Translations under genes and position numbers: made by a program
The notes under the pieces: generated by a model
Database searches by the model: none
Told to the model about the DNA's origin: nothing
What the model saw: only the letters and a program-made list of their open reading frames with translations
Shown here: one piece after another, positions 43,772 through 53,926 of the stretch
How positions within the stretch are numbered: the stretch's first letter is position 1
Layout of the letters: each line of letters begins with the position of its first letter
Source of the DNA: Flavobacteriaceae bacterium
GTDB lineage: Bacteria > Bacteroidota > Bacteroidia > Flavobacteriales > Flavobacteriaceae
Direction: 5' to 3'
Assembly: GCA_038153605.1 (NCBI GenBank)
Contig: JAYOYS010000001.1
Coordinates: 57,527-121,526, forward strand
Length of the DNA: 64,000 nucleotides

Positions 43772-46700
43772 TGTTATAAATTACAATTAGATAGGATTGG
43801 TTGTTTATCATAATGGTGTCCAAGTGGCGTACGGATTTATTCCAAAGGTCGAGACCTAATTCAGCGGTACCAGAGACTTTTCCTTTGTGCTCAATCAGTC
43901 CCCCCGAAAAGGAATCAAAGCGGCCGTGAAAAGGAATTACCCCAAAATAATTCCCCCCGACAAGTATTTCTGAATTTTTATCTTGATCAAAATCAGCCAC
44001 CAAAAAAGTATTAATGGGGCTTTGCTGTAGCTGCTGGTCAAATGGCACAAAATGGTATGTACCGTTTTTAAATTCAAAATAGCCACTGGCCAACTCATGT
44101 ACCTGTAATACCTTGGCTTTGCTTAGATCAATACCCCGAATTTCAGTTATGGGTTGATCAGCAAAGTCCTTGTACCGGGTATAATGTTTGCGCAGAACCA
44201 CCATTTGAGCCGCTAAGTCATCTAATCCCAACAATGGGTAATCTTTACCCTGATGATAGGTGGTGAGTAAAGTTTCGCTCGCGCCATTAGCATCAAAATC
44301 ATGATACCAAAGCTTCATTGGGTGACTTTTTGAGGCCGTGAATTTACTGTTCAGCCCCCAATTACCTAAAAGTAAGTCTAGGTCCCCATCTTGATCAATG
44401 TCATGGGCGACTATACTTTGCCAGAGGCCATTTAATTCAGGAAAGGCATTAGTATTTTCCTTAAAACCACTTGCCGTTTGAATAAAAAGTTTGGGCTTCA
44501 TCCAATGACCAATAACCACCAGATCCATGAGCGTATCTTGATTAAAGTCCATCCAAAGGGCATCGGTAATCATCCCTAAATTTTCAAAAGTCTCTATTTT
44601 TTTGTCCCCACGGAAGATATAGGAGGGGACACCCGCACCAAAGTCTTGGGGCACTGAAAAGTTGCCTATAAAAAGCAAGTCCTCGTGGCCACGCACAACA
44701 TGAGTGTTGGCCAAAGCCCCTTCTAGAGATACAGCTTTGATTTTTGATGTGTCTTGCTTTAGCGGGTTAACAGGCCAAGATTTATTTTCAAAAACAGCGG
44801 CCGATGGGGACACGGAATTCCCTGCAGCGGCCATTACAAGCTGCGGTTGGCCTTGGCTCTGGTAAATTGTTGCATCGACAAATTCTTGCAGGCTATCTTG
44901 AGCGGGTCCAAAATCGGTAATGGCTTTAAATCCTTTTTTATCGGCCAAGAATAGCTTTGCGGGTTGATTTTTACCTCCACTAATCAAGACATCTTTAAGA
45001 CCATCTTGATTAAAATCATAACCTAAATAAGCCGGTCCAAAATCTGAGGCTTGGTATGGGGAAAGTTTTTGTGCGTTAAAATCGGTGAAATCATCTTCTC
45101 TGTGGGTAAACTTAAGGCCCAGTGCCCCGGGTTCTTTGATAAATCTGAATTTTGGTCTTTGATCGACTTTATTTTGCTCAAACTCTTTTATGACTTCAAC
45201 AGGCTGTTTTTGGCCTTCATCAAAGGGGGTGTCTTCGACGTATTTTATGGTCCAAAATCCTGGAGACAAGTCTATATCAATCCATTGCTGCTGCCCATTG
45301 GGCCAAATAAGTTCTAAACCGGTTATGGTTTGATCTTTAGGTAAGGCAAAATGAAGTAAGGGCTCAGAACAAGACTGGAAGCCTCGTACGCTGTAGAGCT
45401 CTCTGTATTGCATCCCCTGTGGGGTATAGAGATAGGCTTTTGCACCAATGCCATAGTGATTTTCTCGCGTATACTCCAAGGATATGCTCAGCCCCGAATT
45501 CCGTGTTAAGGCCTCCGAAGTTCCAGAGGTCTCAGAGGCCCCCGTTAGTGTGTTAGTGCCGGAACCAGAGTCTAAGGAAATACTTTGATTAACGTACAAG
45601 CCCACAGCAGACCCCGTGTTGTTGGTGACCAAATCTAAATCTCCATCACGGTCTAAATCTCCGACTACCGAGGCTCCAGAGAGGCTCAGTTCGGTGCTGC
45701 CCCAAAGGGTACTGACATCTTTGAATTGGATGCCTTCTTGACCTTGATAAAAGAAATTTACAGCAGCGCCAGAGGGCATCATTTCTATAGCCGATTGATC
45801 CACCAAACGACTGTCATTAATTTGCTTGTGGATTTCTTGATTAGAAATGAATTTAATGTAGTCTAGGTTGTTGGGTCGTCGACTAATGCCGTTTGAGATA
45901 AACAAATCTAAATGACCATCTAAGTCGTAATCCCCGAATAAAGCACTCCAACTCCAGTCGGTAGCCGCTACCCCACTGTAGAGTGCAGTTTCCGTGAAAT
46001 TGCGCCCTTTTTGATTGACAAACAGCATATTGCGGCTATACTGATAGTGATAGCCATAACCTTGGGTGCGCAGTTTTAAAGTTTGTACTGGGTCATCACC
46101 TTCGCTGGTTTTGAGTAAAGCCTCTGTTTGAGGCAGCATATCGAGTGAAATTAAATCTGGCCAGCCATCATTGTTGATATCCGCTACATCATTACCCATA
46201 GAAAAACGAGAAATATGACTAAAGGCCGAGCGCAGCTGTTCAGTAAAAGTCCCATCCTGATTGTTGTGGTAATAGTAGTCGTCTTCGTGAAAGTCATTGC
46301 CCACATAGATATCTGGCCAACCATCTTTATCAAAGTCAGCAACACTGACCCCAAGACCATAGGCATTAACACCCCCTATAATCCCGGCCTGCTCACTCAC
46401 TTCGGTAAACACCCCGCCATCATTGCGCAACAGGCGGTCTCCTGTTTTGGGGTTGCGGGTATAACGCAGGTCAACCCGCCCAAAGGACTCTTGTGTATGA
46501 ACAGCATGATTGAGTAAATACAGATCGAGATCACCGTCTAAATCATAGTCCAGTACGGTCGACATCGTTCCAAAATCTTCAAAAGCTAATCCATATACCG
46601 CGGCCGATTCGGTAAAGGTTAAATCACCGTTATTGATGTACAGTTCATTGTGCCCTTTGAAACCATTAATCCCCACTACGGCACTAATGTAAATATCTTG

Positions 46701-47081
46701 GAGACCATCACTGTTTGCGTCAAAAATAATACAACCCGTTTGCCAGTCGCTTTGGCCTAAGACTCCTGCAGATTCTGTAATGTCCTCAAAGGTCATGTCC
46801 CCTTTATTGATATATAGAGCATTAGGACCTTGATTAGCAGTAAAATATAAGTCAGGGAGGCCGTCGTTATTGAGATCACCCATGGCTGCACCGCCCCCAT
46901 TATAATAATATAGATAATCCAAAATATTAAGACTATCCGTAGGGTTCAGGGTATTCTGAAATTTTAAACCACTCTGCTCTGCCTCCGGTATCACAAAAAG
47001 GGGAGTGGCCCTTTTATTACAGCCTACCAAGCTAAAAATAAGCATCCAAATAGTCCAATATGTCCAGAAGGTCCTGCGCAT
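43737..47081 (-). CDS. FG-GAP/VCBS repeat lipoprotein with central UnbV/ASPIC-type domain (CRTAC1-like), paralog 3 of 3
   Basis: Lipobox SLVGC. Many DxNxDGxxD Ca-loop repeats (DLNNDGLPD, DYDLDGDLD, DINNDGWPD). UnbV-like segment YGIGAKAYLY...RGFQSCSEPLLHFAL...LELIWPNGQ. Confidence 0.85.
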   Translation of the reverse strand: MRRTFWTYWTIWMLIFSLVGCNKRATPLFVIPEAEQSGLKFQNTLNPTDSLNILDYLYYYNGGGAAMGDLNNDGLPDLYFTANQGPNALYINKGDMTFEDITESAGVLGQSDWQTGCIIFDANSDGLQDIYISAVVGINGFKGHNELYINNGDLTFTESAAVYGLAFEDFGTMSTVLDYDLDGDLDLYLLNHAVHTQESFGRVDLRYTRNPKTGDRLLRNDGGVFTEVSEQAGIIGGVNAYGLGVSVADFDKDGWPDIYVGNDFHEDDYYYHNNQDGTFTEQLRSAFSHISRFSMGNDVADINNDGWPDLISLDMLPQTEALLKTSEGDDPVQTLKLRTQGYGYHYQYSRNMLFVNQKGRNFTETALYSGVAATDWSWSALFGDYDLDGHLDLFISNGISRRPNNLDYIKFISNQEIHKQINDSRLVDQSAIEMMPSGAAVNFFYQGQEGIQFKDVSTLWGSTELSLSGASVVGDLDRDGDLDLVTNNTGSAVGLYVNQSISLDSGSGTNTLTGASETSGTSEALTRNSGLSISLEYTRENHYGIGAKAYLYTPQGMQYRELYSVRGFQSCSEPLLHFALPKDQTITGLELIWPNGQQQWIDIDLSPGFWTIKYVEDTPFDEGQKQPVEVIKEFEQNKVDQRPKFRFIKEPGALGLKFTHREDDFTDFNAQKLSPYQASDFGPAYLGYDFNQDGLKDVLISGGKNQPAKLFLADKKGFKAITDFGPAQDSLQEFVDATIYQSQGQPQLVMAAAGNSVSPSAAVFENKSWPVNPLKQDTSKIKAVSLEGALANTHVVRGHEDLLFIGNFSVPQDFGAGVPSYIFRGDKKIETFENLGMITDALWMDFNQDTLMDLVVIGHWMKPKLFIQTASGFKENTNAFPELNGLWQSIVAHDIDQDGDLDLLLGNWGLNSKFTASKSHPMKLWYHDFDANGASETLLTTYHQGKDYPLLGLDDLAAQMVVLRKHYTRYKDFADQPITEIRGIDLSKAKVLQVHELASGYFEFKNGTYHFVPFDQQLQQSPINTFLVADFDQDKNSEILVGGNYFGVIPFHGRFDSFSGGLIEHKGKVSGTAELGLDLWNKSVRHLDTIMINNQSYLIVIYNNETTEIYRIEF

Positions 47082-47094
47082 GAATTGATTCAGT

Positions 47095-50000
47095 TTAGGG
47101 GAGTTTATAGACCAAAGGTTTTTGATTATTTACGGCCACAAAAATATAGGCCTTGCCATGGGCATCCTCAAATGTTTTAATGTGTTTGATCTCATCACGC
47201 ACATAAAATCCACTGTCATTATAGTTTTGCCACTTAAAATTTTGTGCTCCATCATTTATCAAGACACTGCCAAAATCAGAGTCGAGTCGAGAGAACTGAG
47301 GTCGAAATTCATGATTATTGCCTCCAGCAATGATGTCTAGGGCACCATCTTTGTTGAGATCCACACAAGCGATTCCACAGATACAAGAAAGTTGTGCTCG
47401 TGACGGTAAATCTTCAAAGGTAAATCGACCATCGCCTTGATTATAGGCAATCACTGAGTGGGCATAACGGGCTTCCAAAACCGTAGTATTACTCAGAACC
47501 GCTGGGGTAAATAGTTCTTGAATAGATTTAGTGGCGTATTCAGAGGCTTTTAAATTTTGTTTTTTTAATGAGACCATTTGAGTCGTCATTTCTTTTTTCT
47601 GGTGGATGGGCATATCCCGGCCTTCCAGATTTTGAGAAATGATTTGTTCATAGGTTCCATTGCTGTCAAAATCATTGACCCACAATCGCATTGGGGCTTT
47701 GTCGTTCGGCTTATAATGAATATTACCCCCCTGATTACCCAAGATTAAATCTGTATCGCCATCTCCATCCATGTCAGCCGCAGTAAGGGTATTCCACCAG
47801 CCAGAGCGCTGGTCCAAATCACTGGGCATAAGCTCAAATTTGTCCTTTTTCCATTGATAAATATGCGGTGCTCCCCAATCCGACACGGTTACTAGGGCAG
47901 GGCCTTGGGCCAATTCAATCCATTGTGCTCCTGTAACCATTCCTGATTCCTGCAAGGCTTTAGCCTTTTGGTTTGAGCGGTCTTCAAAACTTCCCGCCCC
48001 GGTATTCTGCAAAAAGAATTGCTTCGGGCGCATGCCATAAACCCCAACAATACTTCGAGAAGTAACCACAAGATCTAGGTCTCCATCACCGTCCACATCA
48101 AAGGGCGCGATGGCCGAGATATTATTGATATTGCTTAAACTGATTATGGGTGATTTACTAAAATTGCCACGACCATCATTCAGGTAGAGTCGTAAGGATT
48201 CTCGGGCAGCTTCATCGACTTGATTTCCTCCAGAACCCACCAGTAGATCCAAATCACCATCCCCGTCAATATCGGCAAAGGTAGCAGCGGTGTCCTCAAA
48301 ATTAGCATCTTTAGAGAGGTCCTCGTGGGATTTTTGACTGAGCTTACCCGCACCAAAGTGCAAGAGAACCTGTCCTGATTGCCCTTTGGCACCCCCTAAG
48401 AATATATCTTGATTTCCGTCACCATTGAGGTCACCCACCGCCATGCAAGGTCCTTCTTGAGAGATCATTTTACCTAAGAGACCTTCGTAATCAAAATCGT
48501 TATAGGCGTTTTCTTTGTGCTGGGTCAAAGAAGGATTATCTACAGCGCTCAGCAGTGTGGGGGTAGAGCTCTGTTTTTGTGCCCCTTGGAACCCACCGGC
48601 ATTAGCCTGGTCTTGCTTTAATTCCAGCTTTTGATTTACAGCGACATCCCTCAAAATGGTTTTTTGATCATTAGGCCATAAGACCTCAAGCGAATCAATG
48701 TGGCTTTTTGCCCCAAGACCAATGGTCATGACATAGTCCATTGAGGACTGAAAGCCTCTAGAGGGCTGCAGTTCTTGAACGATCAGCTCTTGCCCAGCAT
48801 AAAGCTTAATAGAGCTTCCAATGGCAAATTTATTTTGTGTTGGGCCTTCGAGTTGTATTTTGATATAGTTGTTTTGATCAATCTCATTACTATGATTTTG
48901 ATAAACAAAGGCCTGCATATTGACATTATTCACCACTAGGTCAAGGTCTCCGTCATTGTCAAGATCTCCGTAGGCCGCCCCATTGGAGAGACTGGGCACA
49001 CCAAGACCCCATTCTTGAGCCTTATTGTCAAAAGTAAGGTCCTTTTGATTGTGAAAGGCGTAGTTGGGCAGGGGATAGACAGGCATTTTATTGATAATGG
49101 AATCGATGGCCTCTTTTTTACCCGTTAGGGCCATATCCTGAATGATTTCATTGGCAAAGAAATCGACAAAATCTAAATCCGTGAGATCGTGATTGATCCC
49201 ATTAGTCACATAGATGTCGCGATAACCGTCATTATCCATATCAAAAATTAGCCCGGACCAGCTCCAATCGGTCGCTGACACCCCACTGAAATAGGCAATC
49301 TCAGAGAAACTACCATTTCCATTATTGAGCTGAAGCGTGTTTTGAATATACTGCTGAAAGAAATCTTTACTTTGCTTGAGCTTAAAGACGTTATAGCCCT
49401 CAAATTCCATAACGGATTTCACTCTTTGGTCCCCATCGGGCAGCATATCGGTAATAAAAATATCATTGAGTCCGTCATTATTGATATCGGCCATATCAAC
49501 CCCCATGGCCGATAGACATAAGTGTGAGGTCCAATTTTTAATGTCTTCGTTAAAGGTTCCGTCTTGATTGTTGATGTAGAGGTAGTCCCGTTCGTAAAAA
49601 TCATTAGAGACATAGATATCCGGATAGTTGTCGTGATTTACATCGCTGACCATAACCCCAAGGCCAAAGCCAATTAAACTTCCGTAAATTCCTGCTTGTT
49701 CGCTCACATCAGTAAACACGCCATTATCATTACGCAAAAGCATATCCCCAACTCCTCGAAACATTTTTGGGACATTCCAATCTTGAGCACGCACATCGCG
49801 TTGATGGGCAAAGCCGAGACTGCTCACCGGTATATTACTATTGTTTAAAATGTAGGCATCTAAGTCTCCATCCTTGTCATAATCAAAAAAACTTGCATGA
49901 GTTGAGAACCCTGTTTCTGCCAGGTTGTAGGCCTTAGCCTGTTCGCTAAAGGTTAAGTCGCCATTATTGATGTAAAGGTCATTATTGTGGTTTTCCCCTT

Positions 50001-50427
50001 CCATATTACCGGCATTGGAAACATAAATATCCAAAAGACCATCTTGATTGATATCCACCATGACTACTCCTGTAGACCAGGGTTTATTACCTTGAACTCC
50101 TGCAGCCTCTGAAATATCTTCAAAAACCCAATTACCTTTGTTGAGATATAACTTATTGGGTCCCATGTTAGCGGTAAAATAAATGTCTGAGAGCCCATCG
50201 TTATTGATGTCTCCAATGGCCACACCACCACCATTATAGAAATTACGGTATTTGAAGATGTTGAAATCCTTTTGGTTTTCGACCTTATTGCTAAAGGTGA
50301 TATTGGATTGCTCTGAGGCCACCAAGCTAAATCGCTGTGGGCCTGAGCTTTCTTGGGTTTGCTCATTTTGGCATGCTGTTACAAGCAGTACCGCGCTCCA
50401 AAGTATCCAAGGGGTTTTTTGTCTCAT
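47095..50427 (-). CDS. FG-GAP/VCBS repeat lipoprotein with UnbV/ASPIC-type domain, paralog 2 of 3
   Basis: Lipobox LLVTAC. Same architecture, with UnbV-like FAIGSSIKLY...RGFQSSMDYVMTIGLG...LEVLWPNDQ. Confidence 0.85.
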   Translation of the reverse strand: MRQKTPWILWSAVLLVTACQNEQTQESSGPQRFSLVASEQSNITFSNKVENQKDFNIFKYRNFYNGGGVAIGDINNDGLSDIYFTANMGPNKLYLNKGNWVFEDISEAAGVQGNKPWSTGVVMVDINQDGLLDIYVSNAGNMEGENHNNDLYINNGDLTFSEQAKAYNLAETGFSTHASFFDYDKDGDLDAYILNNSNIPVSSLGFAHQRDVRAQDWNVPKMFRGVGDMLLRNDNGVFTDVSEQAGIYGSLIGFGLGVMVSDVNHDNYPDIYVSNDFYERDYLYINNQDGTFNEDIKNWTSHLCLSAMGVDMADINNDGLNDIFITDMLPDGDQRVKSVMEFEGYNVFKLKQSKDFFQQYIQNTLQLNNGNGSFSEIAYFSGVSATDWSWSGLIFDMDNDGYRDIYVTNGINHDLTDLDFVDFFANEIIQDMALTGKKEAIDSIINKMPVYPLPNYAFHNQKDLTFDNKAQEWGLGVPSLSNGAAYGDLDNDGDLDLVVNNVNMQAFVYQNHSNEIDQNNYIKIQLEGPTQNKFAIGSSIKLYAGQELIVQELQPSRGFQSSMDYVMTIGLGAKSHIDSLEVLWPNDQKTILRDVAVNQKLELKQDQANAGGFQGAQKQSSTPTLLSAVDNPSLTQHKENAYNDFDYEGLLGKMISQEGPCMAVGDLNGDGNQDIFLGGAKGQSGQVLLHFGAGKLSQKSHEDLSKDANFEDTAATFADIDGDGDLDLLVGSGGNQVDEAARESLRLYLNDGRGNFSKSPIISLSNINNISAIAPFDVDGDGDLDLVVTSRSIVGVYGMRPKQFFLQNTGAGSFEDRSNQKAKALQESGMVTGAQWIELAQGPALVTVSDWGAPHIYQWKKDKFELMPSDLDQRSGWWNTLTAADMDGDGDTDLILGNQGGNIHYKPNDKAPMRLWVNDFDSNGTYEQIISQNLEGRDMPIHQKKEMTTQMVSLKKQNLKASEYATKSIQELFTPAVLSNTTVLEARYAHSVIAYNQGDGRFTFEDLPSRAQLSCICGIACVDLNKDGALDIIAGGNNHEFRPQFSRLDSDFGSVLINDGAQNFKWQNYNDSGFYVRDEIKHIKTFEDAHGKAYIFVAVNNQKPLVYKLP

Positions 50428-50430
50428 AGA

Positions 50431-53400
50431 TTATTTATTTTTTTCAATCATTAAAGGAGTATCGTTATTACGGGCCATTATCCAGAGGGTATCCTTAGGC
50501 CTAGGCAGAGTTGTCCATGCGCGACCGGCTCCGAGCCAGGGTTCTTTGGTTATTTTTTCAAATTGGAATTTACCTTGTTGATTTAATAAAGCTCCGCCCT
50601 TGAAAGCGTCCAGACGACCGAGTTGTGTGCTGAGCTGATAGTCGTTGCCGCAAAGGAGCAGATCTTCCCAGCCATCATTATTTATATCTACAATTTTTAA
50701 ATCGCGTATGCTCGAAAATTGGGCATCTACGGGTAATGAGTGTTTGATAAATGAAAGCCCACCTGTATTTTCAAAATAACAACTCTCAAGTTCTGTCACG
50801 GACTTAATAAGACCAGCAGCCAATGATTTTTCACCAAAAATATCTCCTACCGAGGCTTTAGCGAAATCCGCAAAGGACAAAAACTTTTTATTGATCATGG
50901 GAATTTGCTTGGCTAGTTCTTCTTTGGAGGCCAGAGTGGTTTCTTTACCCTGCAGATAATATGTCACTACAGTTTCTTCCGATTGGTTTTGATCAAAGTC
51001 GTAGCGATAAAGTCTGATGGGCTCCTTTGTCGAGGCCTTCCATCGCAAATTGGTTCCCCAATTACCGGCAACTATATCTAAATCACCGTCGTGATCAAAA
51101 TCTGCGACAGCTACTGATGACCAAAGGCCATAGAGTTCATCGATTATAGTATTTTGCATCCGTTGCAGGCCGGAGTCCGTATTCAGCCACAAGGAAATTG
51201 TATTCCAATGTCCGCAACTAATGGCATCAAGAGTACCATCATCATTGAGATCAGCCCAAACGATGTCGCTGATGGCCCCACTTTTGCTAAAAGTATCACC
51301 CCACTGATGGGTGACGTCTTGAAAACGACCATTGCCGAGATTTTTGAGTAAATAGTGCTTTGGATCTACGCCAAATTCGTGAGCTTTTGCTTTGGCCGTA
51401 AATACTAAATCTTCAAAACCATCATTGTTTAAATCAATAGCGGAAATAGTGCTGGTGGTTTGCACAAATTCTGGAAATGCTTTAGGGTCGTAAACAAACT
51501 CCGTCAATAAAGTAGAGTCTTTAGCAGACCTGGCCTCAGCAGCGAGGTAAAGGCGGGGGCGTAATGCTGCACCACTACTGAATTCGTTGCCACCATAGCC
51601 AATTAGGATATCAATGAGTCCGTCGTTATTGGCGTCTAGCAAGGTCACTGCGGTACCCTCACCAAGATTATCCACTTGATCCGAAAAATCTATTCTTCTA
51701 AATACGCCGTCTTTTTGTTGGAAAAATACTGCCGTATTTTGTCCTTTGGCCCCAGTAATGACCAAATCCTGTAGACCATCGTTATTAAAGTCGCCGCTCG
51801 TTATCGCCGGCCCTTCATTGTTTAGCGCATACGGGGCCAATGGATTTCGGTTGAAATCCAGAGCAGAACGCTCCTGGTGCTGCCATTCTAGCCCTTCCAC
51901 AACTTTGGCCAAGGGTTTGGTCGTGCTTTGCACTAATGATTCCTTGCGAATTGATATACTCGTATCTTTCTCAATAATTAAATATTGGTTTGTGGCTACC
52001 TCAGTAGCGACTTGACGCCCTCCAGATGGCCATAGGACCACAAGTGAATCGAGCTGTTTTATAGTACCAAGTCCAAAATGGACAAGATCAGGGCCCGATG
52101 AAAGAAATCCTCGAGTGGTATAGTTTTCGCGAATGAATTTTTGGTCTTTATAATAGGCGGTAATTCGAGCCCCTAAACCGCTCCTGTTTTTTGTGTTGTC
52201 TCTGAGTGCCACACTCAGATAATGATTTTTGGGATCCCAATTGCGTGATTGATTCTCTAAAATAAAGCAAGCTTCGTTAACATTATTCACCACTAAATCT
52301 AAATCTCCGTCCAAATCCAAATCGGCATATGCAGCGCCATGGCTATAACTCGGAATTTCTGGAATCCAAGATCCGGTCTGATCTTGAAAATGACTGCCAT
52401 CAGTATTTTTGAAAATATAATTCGGTGTTTTTTTTGCCGGAATCGCCTCGATAAAACTCATGGCATCCCGCTTCATATTTCCGCCTAATTGCTTTTGAAT
52501 AGACTCATTAGCAATAAAATTTATAAAATCCATATCATTAGTAGCCCCCAGAATTCCATTGGTGACGAATAAATCCGTAAGCCCGTCTAAATCAAAATCC
52601 GCCAGTAAGGGACTCCAAGACCATTCTGTAGCTGATATGCCAGAGGCATTTCCTATTTCACTAAAAACACCTTCCCCACGATTCAGTTGAAGAGTATTTT
52701 GCATGTACTGATAATCGTAGCCGTTTTTTATATACTGATCGTAAAGCTGATAATTGAATTCAGTTCCTGAAGTTTTATAGGTAACAAGATCTTCTGGAAG
52801 CATATCCGCTGAGACCAAATCTATCAGACCATCGTTGTTGATATCCCCACTATCATTACCCATAGAGTAGTGGGTTGTGTGTCCTACGGTTTCGTTTTGA
52901 GTGTGGATGACTTCTTTAAAGGTCTTGTCTTTTTTATTGAGGTAGAGATAATCATTTTCGAAGAAGTCATTACCGACATAGATGTCAGGATAACCATCGT
53001 TATTGTAATCTGCGATGGATAAGCCAAGGCCATAGCCTATACCTCCTTGGAAGATACCGGCCTCTGATGATACATCCACAAAAATACCCTCCTTATTTTC
53101 ATAGAGTCGGTCTCCTGAAATTGAATCAGTTTTTTCACGTTTGCCGCCATTGCCATAATTCATGTTTGGATTTACACTGTGGTTAAGTAGGTATAAATCG
53201 AGGTCACCATCGAGATCGTAGTCAAAAAAGCTACTGTGAGTGCCGAGTCCGCGAAAATCCAAGCCATAGGCCTGTGATTGATCTTCAAATATGGGTTGTC
53301 CGTTTTCATCTAAGCCTTGGTGTACCCATAAAGTGTTGTGAACTTGGGGCACTGAATCTGCAGCGACGCGTGCCAAATAAAGATCTGGCCAGCCATCTCC

Positions 53401-53784
53401 GTTGACATCACCTATTGAAATTCCATTATTCCAACCATTAGTAAGAGTAGGAAGCGTGGCTTTACTGAATTCTAAGCTTCCATTATTGATATAGAGTTCC
53501 GGAGATTTTTGGTTTGCCCCAAAAATGAGATCAGGGAGACTGTCATTATTGAGATCTACGATGGTAACTCCAGCTCCATTATAGAAGTAGATATAGTTTA
53601 AAATGTTTTGACTCGGTGAGGAGTTAATTCGATTCTCAAAGTTTATTCCTGTGTGGTCAGAGGATTTTAATATAAAGAGAAAGCGGGTTTCATCCGCACA
53701 GGCGCCAAAAAGCATAAGGATCACAATCCCGGGCAAGAGGGAAGTGCACTTGAAGTAATTTTGAACAATTTTTTGCAGCGTCAT
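50431..53784 (-). CDS. FG-GAP/VCBS repeat lipoprotein with UnbV/ASPIC-type domain, paralog 1 of 3
   Basis: Lipobox LFGAC followed by acidic ADE. Same architecture, with UnbV-like NRSGLGARITAYY...RGFLSSGPDLVHFGLG...LVVLWPSGG. Confidence 0.85.
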   Translation of the reverse strand: MTLQKIVQNYFKCTSLLPGIVILMLFGACADETRFLFILKSSDHTGINFENRINSSPSQNILNYIYFYNGAGVTIVDLNNDSLPDLIFGANQKSPELYINNGSLEFSKATLPTLTNGWNNGISIGDVNGDGWPDLYLARVAADSVPQVHNTLWVHQGLDENGQPIFEDQSQAYGLDFRGLGTHSSFFDYDLDGDLDLYLLNHSVNPNMNYGNGGKREKTDSISGDRLYENKEGIFVDVSSEAGIFQGGIGYGLGLSIADYNNDGYPDIYVGNDFFENDYLYLNKKDKTFKEVIHTQNETVGHTTHYSMGNDSGDINNDGLIDLVSADMLPEDLVTYKTSGTEFNYQLYDQYIKNGYDYQYMQNTLQLNRGEGVFSEIGNASGISATEWSWSPLLADFDLDGLTDLFVTNGILGATNDMDFINFIANESIQKQLGGNMKRDAMSFIEAIPAKKTPNYIFKNTDGSHFQDQTGSWIPEIPSYSHGAAYADLDLDGDLDLVVNNVNEACFILENQSRNWDPKNHYLSVALRDNTKNRSGLGARITAYYKDQKFIRENYTTRGFLSSGPDLVHFGLGTIKQLDSLVVLWPSGGRQVATEVATNQYLIIEKDTSISIRKESLVQSTTKPLAKVVEGLEWQHQERSALDFNRNPLAPYALNNEGPAITSGDFNNDGLQDLVITGAKGQNTAVFFQQKDGVFRRIDFSDQVDNLGEGTAVTLLDANNDGLIDILIGYGGNEFSSGAALRPRLYLAAEARSAKDSTLLTEFVYDPKAFPEFVQTTSTISAIDLNNDGFEDLVFTAKAKAHEFGVDPKHYLLKNLGNGRFQDVTHQWGDTFSKSGAISDIVWADLNDDGTLDAISCGHWNTISLWLNTDSGLQRMQNTIIDELYGLWSSVAVADFDHDGDLDIVAGNWGTNLRWKASTKEPIRLYRYDFDQNQSEETVVTYYLQGKETTLASKEELAKQIPMINKKFLSFADFAKASVGDIFGEKSLAAGLIKSVTELESCYFENTGGLSFIKHSLPVDAQFSSIRDLKIVDINNDGWEDLLLCGNDYQLSTQLGRLDAFKGGALLNQQGKFQFEKITKEPWLGAGRAWTTLPRPKDTLWIMARNNDTPLMIEKNK

Positions 53785-53870
53785 TTTTGGACGGAATTTT
53801 CCAACGACTAATATAGTTCCTTAGTGTCGCCGCTTTGGTAGTATAAAAATTAAAAAGATTAATAAAAGAT

Positions 53871-53906
53871 TAAAAAAAAAAGCCACCCTATGTGGGTGGC
53901 CTTTTT
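53871..53906 (-). terminator. hairpin plus U-run between susD and the first FG-GAP gene (intra-locus terminator/attenuator)
   Basis: Stem GCCACCC/GGGTGGC (7 bp) with a 5-nt loop. On the minus strand it is followed by a run of about 10 T. Confidence 0.7.
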
Positions 53907-53926
53907 GATGTATTGAAAACCTTAGA

